Shown piece by piece: positions 10,819 to 18,568 of a stretch of 64,000 nt of DNA; position 1 is the stretch's first letter, and each line of letters starts with the position of its first letter. The notes beneath the pieces were generated by a model. It searched no databases and was not told the DNA's origin. It saw only the letters and a list, made by a program, of their open reading frames with translations. The position numbers and the translations under genes were made by a program. The DNA comes from Campylobacterota bacterium (GTDB taxonomy: Bacteria; Campylobacterota; Campylobacteria; Campylobacterales; Arcobacteraceae): positions 1,993 through 65,992 of the forward strand of contig JBNJFB010000005.1 of the NCBI GenBank assembly GCA_051746405.1, written 5' to 3'.

Positions 10819-11506
10819 TATTCATCACATAACCTCTATTTGATGAGTTTTTTATTAGGCTAATATCTGTTTTTTCTCTTATATGCTTTACAATATTTCT
10901 CAAAGAGTACTTAGAAAAATTTCTATTTTTCCATACTATTTTCTCAATTGTTTCATAAGTTACAAGCTGATTTTTTCTTTCAACTAAAAGCTTAATAAGT
11001 GATTTTTCAGTTCTTGTAAGTTTTACAGGCCGTCTATTATAAAAAAGTTCATCTCTTCTTATATCAAAATAGAAGCCATTTTCAAACTCAACTTTTTTAT
11101 TTTGGTTTAGATACTGCATACATAACTCAATATTTAAAAGTAACTCATCAAACTCAAATGGCTCTTTTAACAAAGTATATACATTTGATTTTCTATAAAA
11201 GCTTATATCTTTTAGTTCATTTTCTAAAATAACTATAGGGATATTTAAAACATAATTATACTTATTTTTAAAACCATCTACAAAATTTTTAAGGCTATTT
11301 TGTTCTGTATTGTCAAATACTACTAAATCAAACAGCATTAATTTATCAGCTATAAGTTTAAACTTACTTACTTCAAAAAAAGAGACCTTATAAGCAAGAC
11401 TACTTAAAACATCTTTAAAGCTATTTGTTAACTTTTCATTATTTGTTATTACTAAAACTGATTTGTATTTTATATCATTTGTGGTATCAATAAATATACT
11501 GGTCAT
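10811..11506 (-). CDS. OmpR-like regulator with atypical receiver domain
   Basis: C-terminal winged helix (LTRTE, NIVKHIREK, RGY); receiver has DLVVFD but TNN in place of the acidic pocket. Confidence 0.75.
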   Translation of the reverse strand: MTSIFIDTTNDIKYKSVLVITNNEKLTNSFKDVLSSLAYKVSFFEVSKFKLIADKLMLFDLVVFDNTEQNSLKNFVDGFKNKYNYVLNIPIVILENELKDISFYRKSNVYTLLKEPFEFDELLLNIELCMQYLNQNKKVEFENGFYFDIRRDELFYNRRPVKLTRTEKSLIKLLVERKNQLVTYETIEKIVWKNRNFSKYSLRNIVKHIREKTDISLIKNSSNRGYVMNTI

Positions 11507-11588
11507 TCTACTTTCCTTAAATGTTTGATAAGAAATTTTATCAAGGAAAGGTATTATAAAAGTATCATTTGTTATAAATTTTAAAATT

Positions 11589-11628
11589 TATAGCTACATT
11601 AATTAAACTCTATATCAATGTAGCTATA
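11589..11628. terminator. 12-bp inverted repeat downstream of nitroreductase (terminator or operator)
   Basis: TATAGCTACATT (11589-11600) / AATGTAGCTATA (11617-11628). Confidence 0.4.
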
Positions 11629-11637
11629 TGATAAAAA

Positions 11638-12270
11638 CTACTCTATAAACTCAACTATTTCATCTAAAGGAAGTCTTTGCTGTGTTGATTGTTCGTTTAC
11701 TCTATACCCAAGAGGTAAAATAACTGAAGTTTGATATTTTGAAGTATCAAGATTTAGAAGTTTATCTACTTTTTCTTTTTCAAACCCTTCAATAGGGCAA
11801 CTATCTACTCCAATAGCAGCAGCTGCTGTCATCATATTTCCAAGTGCTATATATGTTTGACATGCTGTCCATGAATATATATTTTCATTTGTAGCTAATG
11901 TATCTTCTAAATGACTAGCATATAGATTTAAATAAAAATCAAGCTTCTCTTGTGGCATCTCTCTTCTTGAAAATCTTTTTTTAGGAATACCTGATTGAGG
12001 CTTAACACAATCAATTCCAGCTAAAACAACTACAAGATGAGAACATGAAGTAATTTGCACTTGATTCCAGCATAATGGTCTAATTTTAGCTTTTAACTCT
12101 TCATTTGTGATTACTAAAAACTTCCAAGGTTCCATACCAAATGATGAAGGTGACTTTTGTGCAACCTCTAAAATATAGTTCATATCCTCTTTTGGAATTT
12201 TTTTATTTTCATCAAAAACCTTACAAGCATGTCTAAAATCCATAGCTTCTAAAAATTGCTCTTTTTGCAT
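11638..12270 (-). CDS. NAD(P)H nitroreductase (NfsB/FrxA-like)
   Basis: RHACKVFD, SPSSFGMEPW, DSCPIEGF; start at second Met chosen for RBS spacing. Confidence 0.9.
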   Translation of the reverse strand: MQKEQFLEAMDFRHACKVFDENKKIPKEDMNYILEVAQKSPSSFGMEPWKFLVITNEELKAKIRPLCWNQVQITSCSHLVVVLAGIDCVKPQSGIPKKRFSRREMPQEKLDFYLNLYASHLEDTLATNENIYSWTACQTYIALGNMMTAAAAIGVDSCPIEGFEKEKVDKLLNLDTSKYQTSVILPLGYRVNEQSTQQRLPLDEIVEFIE

Positions 12271-12279
12271 AATCATCCT

Positions 12280-12870
12280 TTATTTAAAATTTTTTTCTAA
12301 TATACTTTCAAACTTATTTAACTCACCATTTATATCTAAATCACCTTTAAAAACATCATTTATGGAGTATGTTTCAAGCTGTTTTGCTCCACAAAATTGA
12401 AATACTTTATGAACTGCAAAGTTTGCTTCATCCAAAGATAAACCTTCAAAAAATCCATCTTTGTTACTAAACTCACTTATTGGACAGTTGTAAGTAAGAC
12501 TTAACATATATTTTTTTTCAGTCATAAGTCCACCACTTCCATATTTTTTAGATGAATCATCCCTACTTCTTCCATCATTTACAAACGTAACTGTTCCATT
12601 TCCACCTGAAAAAATTTCATCAATATACTTTTTTGCTATCCATGGTACTCCCATCCAAAATACAGGATATTGAAAAAATATATAATCAGCCCACTGAAAC
12701 TTTTCAAGCTCTTCTTTTACATCATAACCACTTTCAATATATGTCTGTTTTATATTAAACTCATTTGATTCAAAGAACTCTTTTGCTTTATCTATAAATG
12801 TTTTAGTCAAATTTCCCTCAGCCATACCTTCATATCTTTGATGTCCACTAATTATCAACACATTTTTCAT
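12280..12870 (-). CDS. mdaB: MdaB-like NAD(P)H:quinone oxidoreductase (flavodoxin-like fold)
   Basis: QYPVFWMGVPW, GRSRDDSSKKYGSGGL, YMLSLTYNCP. Confidence 0.8.
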   Translation of the reverse strand: MKNVLIISGHQRYEGMAEGNLTKTFIDKAKEFFESNEFNIKQTYIESGYDVKEELEKFQWADYIFFQYPVFWMGVPWIAKKYIDEIFSGGNGTVTFVNDGRSRDDSSKKYGSGGLMTEKKYMLSLTYNCPISEFSNKDGFFEGLSLDEANFAVHKVFQFCGAKQLETYSINDVFKGDLDINGELNKFESILEKNFK

Positions 12871-12921
12871 TTTTATCCTTTGGTTTAGTTTTGAAAATTA
12901 TAAAGCTAATATACTTAAAAC

Positions 12922-12951
12922 TCTCTTACTTTACTTTAGGTAAGTAAGAGA
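12922..12951. promoter_or_regulatory. Candidate HxlR-family operator
   Basis: TCTCTTACTT-N10-AAGTAAGAGA inverted repeat between divergent mdaB and hxlR. Confidence 0.55.
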
Positions 12952-12996
12952 AATAAATATATTTTATGTTACAATAATAACTTCAAAAGGATTTAA

Positions 12997-13392
12997 ATGT
13001 ATAAAATAAATGATAAAGATTATAAATGTTCAGTTTCAGTAACATTAGATGTTTTCAATGACAGATGGAAACTTGCTATTATCTGGCATTTATTAGAAAA
13101 TAATAAAAGATTTAAAGATTTACATAAAGATATTACAGAAATAACACAAAAAACATTAACAGTAAAACTAAAAGAGCTAGAAGAAAAAAATATAATAAAT
13201 AGAGAAGTTTTTCCAGAAGTTCCACCAAAAGTTGTATATTCGCTAACCTCTTCAGGAAAAAAATTAAAACCTGTATTAAAAGAGATGTATAACTGGGGGA
13301 TTTCTTATGTTCAAGAGCATGGAGAAATCACCGATGATGTGAGTTGTTGTGAACTAAGTGTCTCTAAGAAAATTGGCTTTAAAAGTAAATAA
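12997..13392 (+). CDS. HxlR-family winged-helix transcriptional regulator
   Basis: CSVSVTLDVFNDRWK, RFKDL, LKELE, EVPPKVVYSLT. Confidence 0.9.
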   Translation: MYKINDKDYKCSVSVTLDVFNDRWKLAIIWHLLENNKRFKDLHKDITEITQKTLTVKLKELEEKNIINREVFPEVPPKVVYSLTSSGKKLKPVLKEMYNWGISYVQEHGEITDDVSCCELSVSKKIGFKSK

Positions 13393-13452
13393 TAAACTTT
13401 TACTAAACATAAAAACTGTATCATATGATAAATTTTAATTTTAGGAAATGAG

Positions 13453-14196
13453 ATGTTAAATATGAAGAAAAAAGTAGTTTTAGCTTTATTTAGTCTATCA
13501 CTTGGAATTAGTGCAAGTGCTTTAAGTGAAGTATCAAAAGATAAGTTATCACAAATTCAAGATTTAAACTTAATCAAAAAAGCAAGTATTGAAGTAAAAA
13601 AAGCTTATGACTTAGGCAGTTTGTATGCACTTGATAGTATTATTCAAGGACAAAATCAAGAGTTATATCTTACTAAAGACACAGAGGTTTTAATAGCAGG
13701 TGAAGCTATCAATACAAATACAGGTCAAAAACTATCAATTCCAGCTGATGTTTCAAAACTAGAGGGTAATGAAGCTTTTACATTTGGAAGTGGTGAAGAT
13801 GAATACTACTTATTTACAGACCCTGAGTGTCCATACTGTAAAAAGTTTGAGTCATATTTAAAACAAGTAGAAGATAAAGTTAGTATTAAAGTATTTTACT
13901 ATCCTTTAGACTTCCATGAAAATGCAAAAGATATCTCTTTGTATGTAATGAGCCAAGATACAAAAGAGAAAAAAAGTGATGCTATGATAAATATTACGAA
14001 AAACTCAAAAGAGTTTAAAAATAGAGATATCGATGAAAAAAAGCTTGCAAAACTTGAAAAAAGCCTAGAAAAACAGATGCAACTAGCTAAAGAATTAGGA
14101 GTAAGAGGTACTCCATCTATTTATGATAAAAAAGGTAACAAAATAAGCTGGGTAAAACTACTACAAGATTATGGTGTAAAAGTTGATATGAACTAA
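13453..14196 (+). CDS. DsbC/DsbG-like periplasmic thiol:disulfide protein
   Basis: Signal peptide, FTDPECPYC active site, GTP cis-Pro loop. Confidence 0.85.
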   Translation: MLNMKKKVVLALFSLSLGISASALSEVSKDKLSQIQDLNLIKKASIEVKKAYDLGSLYALDSIIQGQNQELYLTKDTEVLIAGEAINTNTGQKLSIPADVSKLEGNEAFTFGSGEDEYYLFTDPECPYCKKFESYLKQVEDKVSIKVFYYPLDFHENAKDISLYVMSQDTKEKKSDAMINITKNSKEFKNRDIDEKKLAKLEKSLEKQMQLAKELGVRGTPSIYDKKGNKISWVKLLQDYGVKVDMN

Positions 14197-14210
14197 AAGA
14201 TTTTTATAAT

Positions 14211-14240
14211 AAATATGTAAAGAGTTTTCTTTACATATTT
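14211..14240. terminator. Bidirectional intrinsic terminator between convergent genes
   Basis: AAATATGTAAAGA-gttt-TCTTTACATATTT, 13-bp perfect stem. Confidence 0.7.
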
Positions 14241-14268
14241 TTATTTGAAATCCAGACCGTTCAAAAAA

Positions 14269-14616
14269 TTAAGACTTTTTTACAAACTTAGGTGTAATCT
14301 TAATAGCTCCAACCCCTTTGATTTTACAATCAATATTATGGTCATCAGCACTTTGTACTAATCTAATAGCTTTAATTTTTGTACCTACTTTTACAACTGA
14401 AGAGCTACCTTTAATCTTTAAGTCCTTAATAACAGTTACATCATCACCACTTCTTAAAGTAGTTCCATTTGAGTCTTTTACAGTAAACTCTTCATCTTCT
14501 TCATTTACAGTATCATCATGTGACCATTCATAAGCACATTGGGGACATACAAGTAAGCTTCCATCCTCATATGTATATTCACAATCACATTTTGGGCAGT
14601 TTGGTAAATCCATCAT
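14269..14616 (-). CDS. PhnA/YjdM zinc-ribbon protein
   Basis: CPKC...[25 protein letters not shown]. Confidence 0.9.
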   Translation of the reverse strand: MMDLPNCPKCDCEYTYEDGSLLVCPQCAYEWSHDDTVNEEDEEFTVKDSNGTTLRSGDDVTVIKDLKIKGSSSVVKVGTKIKAIRLVQSADDHNIDCKIKGVGAIKITPKFVKKS

Positions 14617-14785
14617 AATCCTTCATATTTATTTTGAATTGTTATTATAACACAAACTTATATAATTTATATTTGCTTTAAATTTTTTATTCAGATAGAC
14701 TAAATCTATTACAGACATATCTACGGAATTTACATCTTCGTTCATACCGTCATACTTACTTAAATTTTATAAAGGAAATGACACA

Positions 14786-15934
14786 ATGAATAAACTTAAA
14801 ATAGGAGTTATTGGAACTTCTAAAAAAGTAGATGAAAAAAGACTTCCAATTCACCCAGAGCATTTAATTCGTATCCCAAAAGACCTAAGAGAACAATTGA
14901 TATTTGAAAAAGGTTATGGTGAACCTTTTGGTTTTTCAGATGAAAAAATAATAGCATTAAGTGGTGGGGTTGATACAAGATACAATTTATTATCAAAATT
15001 AGGAACAGTAATAATAAACAAACCTGTTTTGCAAGACTTAGAACAGTTAAAAATCGGTGGGACACTTTGGGGATATGTACACTGTGTGCAACAAGAAGAT
15101 ATAACACAAATTGCAATTGAAAGAGAACTAACACTTATAGCTTTTGAAGATATGTTTATTTGGTCACCCACAGGTCAAATAGGAAGACACACCTTTTATA
15201 AAAATAACGAAATGGCAGGATATTGTGCTGTTTTACACGCTTTACAACTAAAAGGAATAGATGGACATTATGGAAATCAAAGAAAAACTATAATCTTTGG
15301 ATTTGGTGCAGTTAGTCGTGGTGCAATATATGCTTTAAAAGCACATGGCTTTAGGGATATTACTATTTGTATTCAACGACCTGACCATGAGGTTAGAGAG
15401 GAAGTCCTAGACTGTCATTATGTAAGGATTCAACAAGGTAAAAAAAATGAACCTCGTATGGTAGTTATAGAACATGATGGCTCAAAATCACCACTTGAAA
15501 AGTTGATTAATCAAGCTGATATTATAGTTAATGGTATTTTTCAAGATACTACAAACCCTACTGATATTATAATTGAAAAAGAGAGTAAATCCTTAAAACC
15601 AAATAGCTTAATTATAGATATTAGTTGTGATGAGAAAATGGGTTTTTTCTTTGCAAAACCTACTACTTTTAAAAAACCGATGTTTAAGTATGATACAACA
15701 GATTACTATGCAGTGGATCACACTCCCACTTACTTATGGGAGAGTGCTACTCGTTCTATTTCTGCTGCTTTAATTGTATATTTACCAATGTTTTTAACAG
15801 GCAAAAAAAATTGGCACAAATCTCAAACTATTCAAAAAGCTATAAATATAGATTCTGGAACAATTCTTAATAAATTAGTTTTATCTTTTCAAAATAGAGA
15901 TAAAATATACCCTCATAAAATAATTAAAAATTAA
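14786..15934 (+). CDS. ceo: N5-(carboxyethyl)ornithine synthase-like protein (AlaDh/PNT superfamily)
   Basis: GVIGTSKK..EKRLPIHP, FEKGYG, NNEMAGY, GFGAVSRGA, IIDISCD, YAVDHTP. Confidence 0.7.
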   Translation: MNKLKIGVIGTSKKVDEKRLPIHPEHLIRIPKDLREQLIFEKGYGEPFGFSDEKIIALSGGVDTRYNLLSKLGTVIINKPVLQDLEQLKIGGTLWGYVHCVQQEDITQIAIERELTLIAFEDMFIWSPTGQIGRHTFYKNNEMAGYCAVLHALQLKGIDGHYGNQRKTIIFGFGAVSRGAIYALKAHGFRDITICIQRPDHEVREEVLDCHYVRIQQGKKNEPRMVVIEHDGSKSPLEKLINQADIIVNGIFQDTTNPTDIIIEKESKSLKPNSLIIDISCDEKMGFFFAKPTTFKKPMFKYDTTDYYAVDHTPTYLWESATRSISAALIVYLPMFLTGKKNWHKSQTIQKAINIDSGTILNKLVLSFQNRDKIYPHKIIKN

Positions 15935-16003
15935 AACCTCTTAATCAAATCCACATAAACAGCTGTTAAGTCTTCTACTTCTTTTACTGTAGTTCTCTCA
16001 CCT
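15931..16003 (-). repeat. Exact 73-bp duplicate of the dapE 3' end (left direct repeat)
   Basis: Identical base for base to 17368-17440. Confidence 0.97.
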
Positions 16004-16007
16004 TATA

Positions 16008-17312
16008 TTACATATCTTCCAAGCTATATCCAACAAATTCAATATCATAGTTTTTCAAATTTTTTTCTAACTTTTTTGATTTTTCTTTTAATACTTCTAT
16101 ATCTATCTTTTTGGAGTTTATTTTCACTTCACCAATTAAAACGTTTTTATCAAGTTCATTTACCGCTACAATATCTATTTCATTTAAGTTTGACTTTTCC
16201 CAATATGTACCTATTTGAGAGTACTTCTTTTTAAGTTTCAATTTCTCTAAAAAGTATTTTTCTAAAAACTTTCCACTATATACTGAAAAATCTCTTTTTA
16301 CTATAGATTTTACAAAATCATAATTTTCTATTTCTATAGCACTTTTATATTTGTAGATAAACCTAAACCAAAAGTTAAAATAGTTATCAATTATTTCATA
16401 TTTTACTGTTCTACTTCCTTCTTTTGAGAAAATTGGCTTAACTTTTTTTATCATAGTATAATCATTTTCAAGTTTATCTAAATATCCACCTATATTTCGC
16501 TTTAGGATACTTTCTATTTCACTTCTTGAAGTCTTTGAACTAGCAATAAGAGAGAGTATAGAAAAGTATGTAGTATACTCTTTACCAAACTCTTCAACCA
16601 ATAAGTTTTTACCCTCTTCTAAAAAAAGTGAAAAATCACTAAAAATAACATCTAATTGTTTTTCAAAAGTAAAAGCTTTTTTTTCTACAAAAATTTCTAC
16701 ATACTTAGCAACACCGCCTGTGAATATATAAAATGATAATAAATCTTTATTTTTATATGATGGATAGTTTTCTTTTAAAATCTCTTTTAAAGTATTTACT
16801 GTAAAACTTTTTAGATGAATCTTATTATTTGCTCTACCAAATAATGGTTCTTTTTTATCTTCAAATATTTTTTTCATCAATGAATATATAGAACCACTTA
16901 ACACTAAATTCATCTTTGATTTATCTTTATATTCATCCCATATATTTTGCATATCACTGTAAATAGAACTATTTATCTGTAAAAACTCCTGAAACTCATC
17001 TATCACTAGTGTAAATGCAGTTGTAATTGATAAGTTCATAAGATATTCAAAAAGGTTTTTAAAAGATGAAAATTCTCCAAAAACCTTAACTTTTAAAGTA
17101 TTTTCTATAATATCTACAAACTCAGCACAAAGTAAAGCTTCATTTTTTTTAGACACAAAGAAATAAACTTTTTCTTTATACGCTTCTTTTATAAGTTTAG
17201 TCTTACCAATCCTTCTTCTTCCAACTAAAACAGTCATTTTTGATGAGTCTAATGAAGAGGACTGAATATCTATTAAATTTTGTAGCTCTTTTTCTCTATT
17301 ATAAAATTTCAT
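16008..17312 (-). CDS. Archaeal-type ATPase with DUF234/PD-(D/E)XK-like C-terminus (COG1672-like)
   Basis: Walker A GRRRIGKT, Walker B LVIDEFQE, DNYFNFWFRF, EIDIVA...IGEVK. Confidence 0.88.
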   Translation of the reverse strand: MKFYNREKELQNLIDIQSSSLDSSKMTVLVGRRRIGKTKLIKEAYKEKVYFFVSKKNEALLCAEFVDIIENTLKVKVFGEFSSFKNLFEYLMNLSITTAFTLVIDEFQEFLQINSSIYSDMQNIWDEYKDKSKMNLVLSGSIYSLMKKIFEDKKEPLFGRANNKIHLKSFTVNTLKEILKENYPSYKNKDLLSFYIFTGGVAKYVEIFVEKKAFTFEKQLDVIFSDFSLFLEEGKNLLVEEFGKEYTTYFSILSLIASSKTSRSEIESILKRNIGGYLDKLENDYTMIKKVKPIFSKEGSRTVKYEIIDNYFNFWFRFIYKYKSAIEIENYDFVKSIVKRDFSVYSGKFLEKYFLEKLKLKKKYSQIGTYWEKSNLNEIDIVAVNELDKNVLIGEVKINSKKIDIEVLKEKSKKLEKNLKNYDIEFVGYSLEDM

Positions 17313-17321
17313 TTTACCTCT

Positions 17322-17360
17322 TTATAGTAATATATATTACTGTAATGTATATTACTATAA
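17322..17360. promoter_or_regulatory. 19-bp inverted repeat upstream of the ATPase gene
   Basis: TTATAGTAATATATATTAC-t-GTAATGTATATTACTATAA, one mismatch. Confidence 0.6.
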
Positions 17361-17367
17361 TCTCTTC

Positions 17368-17440
17368 TTAAAACCTCTTAATCAAATCCACATAAACAGC
17401 TGTTAAGTCTTCTACTTCTTTTACTGTAGTTCTCTCACCT
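17368..17440 (-). repeat. Right direct repeat (last 73 bp of intact dapE)
   Basis: Identical to 15931-16003. Confidence 0.97.
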
Positions 17441-18468
17441 ACGCTATGAATTGTATCATTGATTACTCCAAACTCAATAGCTTCTATGTCAAAGCTTCCA
17501 AAATACCTAGCATCACTCGTACCACCTGCAGTTGAGTGTTTTGTAGTAACTCCTGTGATTTCTTTGATAGAGTTTTCCATAGCTTTTACTACTTTTGATT
17601 CTTTATTTGTTACAAATGGAAATGACCTTTGTGTTGTGTAAAAGTCATACTCTAAGCCCTTTAAATTTTTATGAATAAACTCTTCTACTTTTTCTCTTGT
17701 GGTGTTTGTTGAGTTTCTTACATTGAACATTAGTTTTAAGTTATCAGGTGTTACGTTGGTAACTTGTGTACCACCTCTTATATCAGTTATTACCATCTTA
17801 CTTGGTGCAAAGTACTCATCACCATCATCTAGGTTATGTCCTGCTATTTTTGGTAATACATGTGCAAAATTATGTACTGGATTTATACATTTTACTGGAT
17901 AAGCTGCGTGTCCTTGCTTTCCTTTTATAGTGATGTATCCATTGATACTTCCTCTTCTTCCTACTTTTATAGCATCCCCAAAAACTTGCTCACAAGTTGG
18001 TTCTGCTACTACTGCATATTGAGGAATCATATCTATTTTTTTTAAATGCTCTAACATTTTAATAGTTCCATAAGTGCCCTCACCCTCTTCATCAGAAGTC
18101 ATAAGAATACTAAGAGTTCCATCAAAGTTTTGTGCATGTTTACAAGCATATAAAAAAGCAGCATCACCACTTTTCATATCTTGCGTTCCCCTAGCAGTTA
18201 TCACACCATTTTTTATATCAGCAGCAAAAGGATCAACATCCCAACCCTCACCTGGAGGTACCACATCTATATGACCTGCAAAACATAAGTGTTGTGGATT
18301 GTCGTTGAACTTCTTATAATAAAATCTATTTTTTACACCTTCCATATCAACACTAATACACTCCCACGTATCACCTAAATACTCTTTTATAAAATCAAAC
18401 GCCCCATCATCATCAGGAGTAATTGATTTAAATCTTAATAATTTTTGAAATAATTCTATTATTGTCAT
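17368..18468 (-). CDS. dapE: Succinyl-diaminopimelate desuccinylase
   Basis: FAGHIDVVP, RGTQDMK, SDEEG, GRRGS, GGTSDAR, TIH. Confidence 0.95.
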   Translation of the reverse strand: MTIIELFQKLLRFKSITPDDDGAFDFIKEYLGDTWECISVDMEGVKNRFYYKKFNDNPQHLCFAGHIDVVPPGEGWDVDPFAADIKNGVITARGTQDMKSGDAAFLYACKHAQNFDGTLSILMTSDEEGEGTYGTIKMLEHLKKIDMIPQYAVVAEPTCEQVFGDAIKVGRRGSINGYITIKGKQGHAAYPVKCINPVHNFAHVLPKIAGHNLDDGDEYFAPSKMVITDIRGGTQVTNVTPDNLKLMFNVRNSTNTTREKVEEFIHKNLKGLEYDFYTTQRSFPFVTNKESKVVKAMENSIKEITGVTTKHSTAGGTSDARYFGSFDIEAIEFGVINDTIHSVGERTTVKEVEDLTAVYVDLIKRF

Positions 18469-18568
18469 TTAATTCCTTTTTTATACAATGTGATTGTAAC
18501 AAAAATGTGATTTATTTTGCTATAATAATTAAATCCCTAAAAAGTTATAATTAAAAAAAGGTCCTAAT

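Noticed and set aside
14690-14785. Slightly GC-richer leader upstream of ceo, considered as a riboswitch or sRNA
   Set aside because: No recognisable aptamer consensus or stable stems by eye; an Rfam/Infernal scan would decide
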